This document shows, in pieces, positions 1 to 10,617 of a stretch of 64,000 bases of DNA (the stretch's first letter is position 1; every line of letters begins with the position of its first letter). The stretch lies in contig OU015567.1 of the NCBI GenBank assembly GCA_907165135.1, positions 744,001-808,000 of the forward strand, read 5' to 3'. The notes under the pieces were generated by a model, which did not search any database, was not told the origin of the DNA, and was given only the letters and a program-made list of their open reading frames with translations. The translations under genes and the position numbers were made by a program. This DNA comes from Oikopleura dioica (taxonomy: Eukaryota; Animalia; Chordata).

Positions 1-1977
1 GAATTCCCAAAGCTCATCTGTGAGCTTGTTGTCGATTGATTGATGAGTTCTTCGTTCAATTCAGAATTCTCCGACGAGTTGAGCTCGACGATATTGCTAG
101 GGTGGGTTTTGAATTTAATCGGGCAATCTTGGTCCTGCTCTCTCCCTGATCTTGAAAACATAAACCAAACATATCATACATGTATGGATAGAGCTTTTCA
201 AGATCTAGCAACTCTGCATTGGAATTCCAAAAATATCAAATATAATCAGTTTTATCGGAGTTTTTCCTTCAAAACTGGGTTGCATTTTTGAAAATTGAAC
301 AGTGCGAGACATGAATTCAGATTAGATTTCAACATTTTTAACGCCTGAAAACCGGTAATTTTTGGCTGATTTGTTATTCAAATGCAGAGTTTATCAACCT
401 GTGGGAGATCGAAAAGGATCTGATTGTTAATTTTGGTGAAAACCGGCAATTCAGATAAAAATCCGTATGCAAAAACCGGGAATTTCTATAGATTTCGGAA
501 ATTCCAATGCAGAGTTTGTAGAGCTCAAAAAGCTCTTTCCAACCATGTGTCATATGTTGGAGGTTTATTAGAAAAGTTCGGAGCTACAGCCAAAGAAAGA
601 TTGCCCGATTAAATTCAAAACCCACCTAGGCGGCTGCTTTTTGAACAGAAACATGGGAAGCAAGCTGAGGAAAACGAAAACAGCGGCGATAAAGTATCCA
701 AGCCACCACTGACCGACCCATCTTGTATCGGCTGGGCTGACGGAAGGCTCTTGAAACGGATCTACCCAGCGGTTTTCGACTAAATAGAAGATAGAAAGGC
801 TGGTTTGATTGTAAAAATGCAGTAACTTGAACTACTCGGTCTTAATTGTGGAGTGTTTATGCAACAATTTCAATTGTTTCTAATTCAAGCGTTATCTTGA
901 TTTCGGGAAATTGTCGGAATAAAGTCTGCCGAGCCGTTAAAAATAATCGAATTCCAGTTTGTTGAATAGAAAAATTTGAGTAAACTGTTAACTCATTTTC
1001 AAGTAGACTATTTCTCCTGGGTTAACGAAGCTATCACACTATTTTTGGTAAATAATCGATTGTTATGCATTAAATATTTGTTACTCTCTTTCTTACGAAA
1101 TCGAGACGAAGTTATTAAAGAGAATCTCGTAATTCAGTTCGATTTGCATACCCCCCCCCCATTACCTTGTGAAGCAAGAACATAACCAGCTGCTGGTCCA
1201 ATCGCTCCAACAAGATAGACCACCGAAACATAAACAGGCGCAGATCTCACTGGAGCAGCGTCGTGGACATAAGTCGTCCCTAAAATCCAATAACAGTCGG
1301 GGCCTTCGCCGTTCTTTTACCTAAAGTGTAAATGGGACTTCCACCCATGCCAATGATCAAATTAGCGAGCAGAAAAATGAACATGTAAAGCGAGTTCTTT
1401 GGGCCGACGTTAAGACAGTCGTCTGGATTGAAAACCGAGTAGTTTGACTGGCACAGGTCGCCGTCGATGCTGTTTGGGTCCGACCCGCTGGGCTGGTACA
1501 GACCCGAAATCAGCTGCGGAAGGGTGAAGAGGAGGGAACCCAGGACGACGAGGAAGCCGCCTCCTGCCACCTAAAGAATGCGTTTTTAGGAAAATGTTCA
1601 AAAAAGAAGGAAACGAACCCATCTGGGACGATTGCCGCTCCCACCAAACCAAGAGACGAAAACGACGGTGCTTAAACTTCCAATATCGCCGGCGGAGATA
1701 ATCGTCCCGATTTCAGAAGATCTGAGGGAGTATCTTTGTTCTATCGAAGTTGAGACTCCAGCTGTGTAGCCAGAGCTAACCATCGACTGAAAAGAGAGTT
1801 GTCAAAACCCTAGAGGAATTTGAAGATTCTTACCTGGAAGAAAATATACATCGAAAAGCAAACCAAAAAGCCCTTCGCCGTAAAGAATATCCTCCTCAGC
1901 TTCTTGAAGGGAGCAAAACATCTGCAGCAAAGAAATCGTCGCCATTTTGATTCGCCTTTGCCGATATCTGACAGCAT
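1..1977 (-). CDS. Organic anion transporting polypeptide (OATP/SLCO family, SLCO4-like); N-terminal part, gene runs off the window start
   Basis: Spliced exons 1977-1834, 1786-1619, 1570-~1321, ~1280-1168, ~781-626 and 96-1 give MLSDIGKGESK...KGFLVCFSMYIFFQSMVSSGYTAGVSTSIEQRYSLRSSEIGTIISAGDIG...FVSWFGGSGNRPRW...GMGGSPIYTLGTTYVHD...GPAAGY...WVGQWWLGYF...LFKKQPP. These match OATP motifs (IExRY, SYFG, RPRW, YxD, GPAxGY, WVGAWWxGF). Confidence 0.92.
101..626. mobile_element. Non-autonomous TIR element (MITE) that forms an OATP intron; 30-bp TIR, 3-bp TSD TAG/CTA
   Basis: GGTGGGTTTTGAATTTAATCGGGCAATCTT at 101-130 and its exact reverse complement ending at 626; TAG at 98-100 and 627-629. Confidence 0.85.
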
Positions 1978-2208
1978 AACGCTCTGAAAACGAAAATATG
2001 AGAAACAGTTCAGTCACTGAACTTCAGTGGAAAATGATTCTAAAGACAGAGGGGTGGCTAAAGCCTGTTTTTAATGCATTTAGACAGTCTCGGTCTCATT
2101 TTTCTGAAGGTCTCGGTAAATATTCTTGAGGCGGTTTACTGTCTTGTTAAAATTTCAAAGATTCTCGAAGAAAAAAAAGAATCATCATTCATGAAGCTTC
2201 TTTTTGAC

Positions 2209-2945
2209 TGGGCTCGGTAATCTGTGAAGCAAACCTGAGTCAGGGTATGAAAGATCCTTGATGAAACGCCGGGAATGATTTCTGATCCTGACTCAGGTTT
2301 TCAACGCAGGTTGCCGCCCTCTGCTTTCAGGACCCAAACTCAGGCTTGTTTCTCTCTCTCCGAAATTCCTCTTTCCAAATAGCTACGCCGTAACTCATCG
2401 AAAATAACATTATTTTTACGAGCTCGATTCACCTTTTTTACAACTGTTAGATTCGGAGAAATTATCCTCGGAAAATCGAAAGATAGATGTTTTTCTTTAA
2501 ATTTGAGAGATTGATTTCTTCTCTTGGTCGATGGAATTAGCAAAGATCGATCTCCCAAGCTCTCGCGGTTTTTTAGAGAATTCAAACGCAACTTTTGTCG
2601 AATCTTTTCGATTCTTTGAAAGTGGGAAACGGGCTAGGAATGACACACCCAGCTTATGTAAGCTTGAGCTTGAATGTGAACTCGAAAAGATCGAAGGTGA
2701 AGGTCATGTTATTACATAATATTCAATAATTTGGTTGTAAATAGGAGGGAAAAGGCCTCAGACTCAGGGTCGGTACCCTTACTCAGGTTTTCAATACAGG
2801 TTTCTGATTTTCGGTTCACAGACTCCTGTGTGGAAACCTGAGTCAGGAATACGAAAGAGCTTGTTATACCAAAAATCTTGAAAAAGGACTGAAAAAATCA
2901 TTTTACCGACCCTGACTCAGGTTTCTACACAGATTGCCGGACCCG
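2209..2945. mobile_element. Cluster of palindromic TGACTCA-family MITE copies (about 2209-2320, 2775-2810, 2820-2945)
   Basis: Arms AAACCTGAGTCAGG...CCTGACTCAGGTTT(T)C(A/T)AC(G/A)CAG, shared with copies at 5045, 42440, 43998 and 55180. Confidence 0.65.
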
Positions 2946-4800
2946 GCGATTTCTTCACAGAGAAGTCAAAACGGTGAGGGAATAAATCTTTTGTAGACAG
3001 CCAATAAAATCGATAAATGTACCCTTGCCAATTCTTAGAGATTCTTTTATATTCACAAAATCATTAATAAAAACGGGTCTTATTTTGAGGCTCTCTTGGG
3101 AAAAGGCAGTTTTATCCACGGTCAGAAGAGTGATTCTCCAGTGGAGAATGGCGGTGAATAAAGCATGAATTCAGCGGCTTTTCGTTTTTCAAAATCGAAA
3201 GCGAAAATAATCAAATATTTAAAATTGAGAAACTTGACTTGCCAAAACATCTCATTTTTTCAAACCTTCTATTTGTTAACTTTCTCTTTTTATGTTTTCT
3301 TGGAAAAAAGAAACGGCGCAAAAAAGAGCTTTGCTCGTTAAAAATGCTCTCAGATCTTGAAATAACTGCTCATCAATTTGCTGCTTTTGACCTTTCTTTT
3401 CCATTCAAAATTGGAGAAAAAAGATGTTTCTTTTTTAAATAAAAAAGATATAAGAAAGTGATTAATTGGCAATCGACGCGGCTGGAAGATGGGTCTGACG
3501 GAAACTCAACCTCATCACCTTAGTTTGGTCATTTCCGGTTCCAACTGGAACAGAAAAGTGCTTTTTTGGCCGCTTTTTTTTTGAAAATTTTGCCATTTCA
3601 AATTTCAAAAGTTATCAAAAATAAAAATTTGGACCAAATTTTTGGTCAATTTTTCGCAATAATTCTGAATTTTCAATTTTTTGGCCAATATTTTGATTAC
3701 AAGCAAAATTTCTAGATTTTCTTTGACTCCAAAATTCGACCAAAAAATTGACCATTTTTCGGTCGAATTCAAATTGTTCCAAATTGACCTAGATTTTCAC
3801 TTACGTCGCGATAAATTTTCTCTTCGTAACTTCTATTTAGATTCAGCTTTTTCTCTTTATAACTGTTTTGAGAGACAGTATTGTCGAAGTAAAAAGCACA
3901 CAAATGAGAAGCGAAAAAAAGTGATTGTTGTGTTTAGAGCTAGTTTCTCGTGGAAAGAGTATGAGCCCCTATACGGGGGCGAAAATGACGCGAAGAAGGT
4001 TGCTACTTGACATGGCCCCAGGGGAGAGAACGAGAGAGCCACTCGCTCAATAGAAATGACAGTAAGGTGTCAAAGGAGAAATTGCGACTAATTAAAGTTT
4101 TAGGAAGGCAATCGCAAATTAGAATGTTTCAGATTTTTAAAAAGTCATTCTGGAATTATACTTTTTCCAGAATAAAAAAAATTAATGAGAAAAAATTAGA
4201 TTTTCACAAAAAAAAGTTTTTAGGAAGATTTGCAGTTTATTATAAAATTTATTAAAAAATCATTTTTAATAAAAATTATTAATAAATTAACAGAAAAATA
4301 AAAATTATCAAATAAAAAATTACCTGTTCGGAACTTTCTGACTCTTCTCTAGAATCCCCCATTTCGGTCGATTTCTAGATTTTTTTTCGTTTATTTTTTT
4401 ATCCTCTCATTATTCCGTTTTTTGGACAAAAGAGAATTTCTCGGATTTCGTTTTTTCTCGCTCCGGCGATTTCTCAAGTCTTTTTTCAAATTTAGCCGAT
4501 TTTTGGAAAGTCGCCAAAATGCGCTCCGGGGCCAATGAGGTGCACTGCGCTGAAGATTTGAATTTCCGAAGATCGAGATTTTAGGGCAACTTGGGCGATG
4601 TAGAGCGGAAAATTGAAATTTCTTGAACTAAAGTGTGATTCGCCCGGTTTGGTTTTATTGGAAGAGGATGATGATGAGGTCGATCTGATTGACATTGACT
4701 CGCAATCGGAATAATTTCATTTGTAGCTTTTGTGATCTGCTGATTATTTTTCGGAAATTTTATTAACCAAAATGCGCTACAAAATTTTCTATATTCTATT

Positions 4801-6255
4801 TCAGGTCTCAAATCTGCAAGAATAGTGAAGTTGATCGTAGCAAACAAAATCAGCAAGATGTCCGGGGAGCCCATAATTGATGAAAACACATGGGTGTGCA
4901 GGATCGTTTGGTTCGTATCCATACCATTTCAAAAATGGACTTCGATTGCCAGTCACAGTTGAGTATTGCTTCGCATTTGACCCTTCTCGCACTCCTTATT
5001 TCCAATTCAAATGTTATTATTCTTCAGGGTACTCTAACCTCATCAACCTGCGAAGAAAACCTGACTCAGGGTCTGAAAAATCTGACGAAATTTTTCCATG
5101 AAGATTTTTCAGGCCCTGACTCAGGTTTTCTTCGCAGGTTTTCGAGCCAAGAGTGAAACCCTACCTATATATTCAAAGCCTCTTTGTGGTAGCTTCATAA
5201 ATTCGTTCCACTCTTCTTCGTTATCGAAAAATACCAAGTTTCCTCCTTGTTGATTGCACTAAAATCCCCTCTCTCGATTTTTTAGGAAACAAACTTCACC
5301 TTGAATTCGGCGAGTTCCATCGTCGACAATCCATCCTGTTGAACGAAAGTTACTTTTTTCGGTCGTTTTGTCGGTTCAATTTGAGCGTCGAAATTCTCTT
5401 CGAAGCGACAGGTGAATTTTCTCAAAGTATAACTTCTCAATTAGAAAACCGTGGGATAATTAAAGTTTACCAATAATATGCCGCCCATTGCTTTGAAGAT
5501 GCATACCAGTAGTTTAAAATGCAGGGAGCATAGTAGACATTTGGCTGACCAACACCGAATTGAAGAAATGTCGTGTTGGAGCCGTCCGTGTTTCGATAAA
5601 AATACTCCGAAGATGACTTCCAAGTTACTTGGCGATAACCCAGGTGCTCCCATCTTGGTGAAAATTGATCGACATAGACGTCATACTCTTCTTTGGTTCG
5701 AAAGAAGGCCAAATGGCCGCCTCGGTCCTGGCAAAACAATTCAGCTCCTTCCATCGTCAAAGAAGGATCTTCCTGAGTTCGTTCGAACCAAACTCGGGCT
5801 TTGCGTGTTGTTTCAAGAGTTGTTGTGGTTGTGACGATGATGGTTGTTGTTATTTTTGTTTTCAAAAAGCTTGGTGTTGTCGAAATCATTGCAGGTGTTG
5901 GAGGCATCATTGTTGTTGTCGGAATCATCATATTTCTTGTGCTAAAAGTTATCGTCGCATTTGCAGTCGAAATGCTGGTTGTTGCGCCTATCGATTGGCT
6001 GGTTGCCATAGGGTCGGTTGTTGAAATAATTGTTGAGAACAAAGTGTTTTGCGGTTCGACTGTTGTCATGGAATTAACCTCTGGTCTTGCTACAGTCGAA
6101 GAATGGTGGTCGTCTGATCCTGGTGAATTAGATCCATCTTGTAGGAAGACCTCTCTTTTGCTTAGAAAAGTAGGATTCAAGAGATTCAACGAAATCCCGA
6201 AAAATATAATTACAAAGAGAGCAATCTTCAGAAGTCTTACAGTTCGTTTTTTCAT
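4801..6255 (-). CDS. Type II membrane (or signal-anchored) protein with Thr-rich mucin stalk and two tandem C-type lectin domains
   Basis: N-terminal hydrophobic segment, poly-Thr stalk, CTLD1 (AELFCQDRGGHL...QPN...CILN...WAAYYC...FTC) and CTLD2 (KCNQQGGNL...WYGYEPND...CVFIN...DFVC...YSC). Three GT-AG introns join the pieces in frame. Confidence 0.8.
5045..5149. mobile_element. Palindromic TGACTCA-family MITE in a lectin-gene intron
   Basis: 39-bp inverted arms AACCTGCGAAGAAAACCTGA(C/G)TCAGGG(T/C)CTGAAAAATCT with 2 mismatches. Confidence 0.75.
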
Positions 6256-7140
6256 TCGATAAAAGTGGCATTTTTGAGAAACAGTGCCGCGAATAAAAAC
6301 CGGTAGGAGATTGTTTAAAAATCTGATTTAACACTGATAGACTCGATAAATACTTCACATGTTTTTCGACTACCTGTCAAAGAGGGGAAAGATAACAGTT
6401 TTGAGAAGTTATATAAAAAAATAAACAGCTACTCTGAAATTTCCAAATTCGAAGGTCTTCTCTCTTTTTAACGGTTTTCTTTTTTTACGAAGTCCTCCCG
6501 AAGGCACAGTCTATTTTCCCAACGGGTTAAAAAGGTCCACCTCTGGCGTATCATGATGGCTTTTAAACAAAACCCAGATATTTATGATAAAAAGTTGTCA
6601 TGTTATTCAACTGCCTGTCTGATAGAAAACAACCAAAGTCAAGCTTTCAAGAAACTCTCTGTTTATTTGTTTCAAAATACGAGAAGACAGTTGATGATTT
6701 CAAACTAAAGTAAAGTTTTACTTACTTTTAAATAACGATGCATAAGAAGAAGAAAAGATGAAGATAATTGAAGGCGGCGGCGATCGTTAACGAAGACAGA
6801 CTGCATAAGCTCTTTATAAATAATTAATAAAAAAGAACATTTCAGTCACAAAATTCTTACTTTTTCGCTCTGTTCCCTAGAAAAACTTCGCCTTTGTAAA
6901 TATATGCGCCCTGAAGATAATTCGGATTGTTTCGGCACCATGGAATATCGCCAGTTTCACCGCCTTTGTATTATAAATTGACAAAAATGTTTATTTGGTT
7001 TTTGGACGATAACCTTTTTCGAAGTATCCAGAAAGAATTGGCCTGGAAGTCGTTCCTTTGATGTTGTCGACTCGTTTCCAATACGGATTTTTATCATTGC
7101 CGAGAAAGAGCTTGTTCTTCTCCACAAACGTCGTGTTCAG

Positions 7141-7910
7141 CTATCGAGTACAAATGTATCGCGCAAGAATGACACTGTGTTGTACCTGTAGGATGTCACA
7201 GTCGGGTTCAGAAGCAACTTGAACAAGGACTTTTCCGTCGTCGTAAACTTTATCAGCGCAGACGAACTCAAATTCTCGCCATTTCGAGCCGCTCGAAAGG
7301 TCATTATACAAGCAAAATGAACACCTGTCTTGCGAGATGCATTCTTTGTACATAAAAAAGATATACCCGGGTTTTGTTTTGGCAAGATCGAGCTTATTTT
7401 GGATATTTTCGCGGAACTCTTCGTTGATTTCAAGACCTTCGAGATCGAGAGAGTACTCTGCTTTTATCCAGTAAAGAAAAGTCTGTCGATGAATGTGGTC
7501 AGGAATCGGCATGAAAGTGTCGATTTTCATTTCTAGCATGGTACCGTTGTGTTCCAAGCAGAAGGTTTTTGCTTCTTCGTATGCTTTTGTTATTTTTTAT
7601 TGCCCCGATATTTTACCCAGAAATCCCTCTTACGTAAAGAAGTTGGCGATATAATTGCATCCATCAATTTTCCCCAATAAAATGCTCTGACTTCAAAAAG
7701 CTCTACGGCTTCTGTTTTTTCCAGGTGTTTGTCTTGAAGGTGCTCTTCGTTAGGATCCCACGCGCCGATCGTTTTTAGCGGTTTTGAATGGCTAATTTGT
7801 TTGACATCTTCGTCTTTTTTTCGAAATGCGATAATAAATGGATAAATCGGGAGACCAATGCCGATGAAAAATGAAACAAAAAGTAAAATTATTAATTTCT
7901 TTTCCATTTC
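7141..7910 (-). CDS. Divergent C-type-lectin-like membrane-anchored protein; junction near 7590-7620 unresolved
   Basis: MEKKLIILLFVSFFIGIGLPIYPF anchor; downstream frame YEEAKTFCLEHNGTML...LYWI...CSFC...YICTR resembles a CTLD. The two frames need a non-canonical intron or a frameshift. Confidence 0.5.
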
Positions 7911-8506
7911 GTATTTTACATTGATTTTTTTTCTTCTTACACACTCGTTCTTAGTCGGCGAACGAAGTTGTAGCCGTGTGATCATCCAAGCGGAGTTTAT
8001 AGCAGTAGAGAACGAACAATTTATATCTAATCTAATGAAAAGATATTGAGTGTAGTTCTGCCCTCCTATATTTTATTCGATGAAAACTCTGGGCAAAACA
8101 CGCGACAAGCTTCAATAGTCACCAATAAATCGTTAGAATCTTTATGCATGATTGACTAAAGATGCTTATTAGGATATAAGGACACAATATAAATCCGTTT
8201 TGATTTTTTAATAAGAAAATATATTTTTAAACAGACATGTGTTGGCTTCAATAGCCAGGGAAACTTGTATTGTGAGGGTTAACTTGCGGTGTCTTCACTT
8301 CCATTCGCTGGTAATTTGGCTGAGCTGAGAAGAGTTTCTCGATTTTCTAGAGTGAAAAAAAATCCGAGAAAAAAACAATAAACTTAAATTTTAAAAGTGA
8401 AGTATGGATTTGCCTCGTTTTATCATTTTCAACGATAAGTATTTAACAGTAATCATAAATTTGGTATTAGGAGTAGAATCAAATCTCATATTTTTATCTC
8501 AAAAAC

Positions 8507-9810
8507 TTATCCTTGTTGGGGATACATCCATCCGCCCTGGCCCCCTGTTGTGCCAACGGGTGCCATAGCAGCATTCGCATTCCACTGGGCCGAGCTTGTT
8601 GGTTTGTAATTCATCGACTGGGGCCGAGCCGGTTGCGAGTAAGTGGGAAAGCTGAAATCGGCAAAGTCCGTTTCTGCAAAATTCGACGCGTTGACTGCTG
8701 ATTCTAGTTGTTCAATCGCCTTTTGTTGATCTTGAAAACAATTTTTCAAGAGTCTGGAGAATGTTTGCTTACTTTGGATGTAGGAAAGGATACTTTTGAC
8801 CTTGAAACTGTTCGGATCGTAGTGGCCATGGCGCTTGATTCTGTTCAAATCGCGAATCAGCATGTTTTGCTCGTTTTTGAGCTTGGTCAGATGCTGCTGC
8901 AAAACAGCTAAAATTCAGAAAATAACACAGTTATAAGGCTACTTTTTGACAAACCAGAAGTCATATTGTCTGTCTGAGAGGGCTGGAATCCAGCAATATT
9001 GTCAAAATCCGGATAAACAGGAGCCGCAGGAGTGACAGGGACATGAACAGGGACCTGCACGGGCACTGGAACTTGAACGACTTGGGGCTGTTGGGGAGGC
9101 GGTTGGATCATCTGGATGGGGGGCTGCTGTGGAGGAGGAGGGAGAGCTTGGCGGTTCTGATTAGCTGCGATGGCGATGATGATCTTGTGAATTTGCTCGT
9201 TTGTTTGGCTTTGAAGTTGAATGTTCTGCTCGATCAACGAGATTTTGTCCGACAAGTCTTCGAGAGAAACGCCCATTGTAGACGGCATCTGGTAGTATTC
9301 TTGCTGCGGATGAGCTTGAACGGGAGGGGACGGGAGAGGAGCTTGTGGCTGGGGTTGCTGCTGGACTGATTCTGGTTGTGGCGCTGGTGGTGGAGGCTCT
9401 TGCTGAACTGGAGCGGGCGGTTGCTGGACGATAACTGTCACTGGTTCTTTTGCTTGGCTTAGAAAATCAGCTTCTTTTTTTAGAAATTTTTCATTTGAAT
9501 TTGCAAGCCCTTTCCTGCTGTTTTTGGCGGCGGTGGAGTTTTTTCTTTCTTTGGCTCTTCCTTCTTCTCTTCTTTTGGAACCGTCACATTGATTGTTGTT
9601 GACTGTGGCTGTTCCTTAGATTTCTTCTTCTTCTTTTTCTTCGATTTCTTGCTTTTCTTTTTCTTCTTCTTCTCGGCTTTTTTCTCTTTTCTCTCCCGAC
9701 GCCGCTTTTCTCGGCGTCTTTCTTCCTGGATTTCTTCTTCTACGACTTCCTAGAAAGAACAGAGGGGCTAGAAATGCTTTTTCGATTACCTTAGAAGCAC
9801 CACAACCCAT
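8507..9810 (-). CDS. Orphan protein: MGCGAS N-terminus, Lys/Arg-rich segment, Pro/Gln-rich region, short coiled coils
   Basis: MGCGASK exon, GT-AG intron 9750-9789, GA-AG intron 9474-9514, then ORFs 8908-9441 and 8507-8902 joined by a short GT-AG intron. Confidence 0.7.
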
Positions 9811-10617
9811 TTTTCAGATCTTTCTCTTCAGATCGATTTCGCTGAGTTTCTTCTCTGAAGTCCCTTTTTAATCAGTTTCTCGTGCTCGCAGTCAGCTTCC
9901 TTGTTTGCCCCGCTGTCAGGACTTATTTGCCTCTTAACATTTTGAAACCACTACTATCGGGTTCCTATTTTTCCTCTGCTGATTTTCTTTCTTTTAGTTT
10001 GCAAGCAAGGTAACGTCGATCATGTTTTATCGCAGTTGAATAAACAGAATCTTGAATCAAGATTCGAATTTGAGGCTATAAAGGAGATATGACCTTTTTG
10101 TTATTGACTTTTGGGTTGGCGAAATTTGGAGTCGCTAATTTTCCCCGATAATTTGTTGATCAGCAGATCATGGGACGAAAAAAATGGAAGAATCCTAAAA
10201 AAGCAGGTGGCATTTACGATAGGGCAAATTTTATCTCCTGACAAAAGATTTTAACTACGACGATGATTCTCAACAATTTGTTTCTACTCAGAACTTACTT
10301 CCTATCGTTCATAATTATTGTCTTTGGGAAAAGAGAGAATGAGCAAATACTCGTCGACTGATTCGGTTTTCAGGAAAATTTTTCAGAGAGTATTTATGAT
10401 AAATAATTTATCGACTAAAACCAAGTTTTTCTTATGGCCAAAATTTTATTTGAAAATCATCATTTTAAATTTTTAAATGTAAACTTGAGCAAACGTCATT
10501 CACAAAAATATTTTACGAGGCATCCACGTCTCCTCGCTGACCAATTGTCCGTGTTTCTTAACGATCCTATTGTTGCGTTTTCGGTTCCCACAAATATTAT
10601 TTTCAAACCACTCAAAA

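Noticed and set aside
5665-6262. Overlapping plus-strand hydrophobic and Cys-rich ORFs
   Set aside because: Antisense shadows of the Thr-rich stalk of the minus-strand lectin gene.
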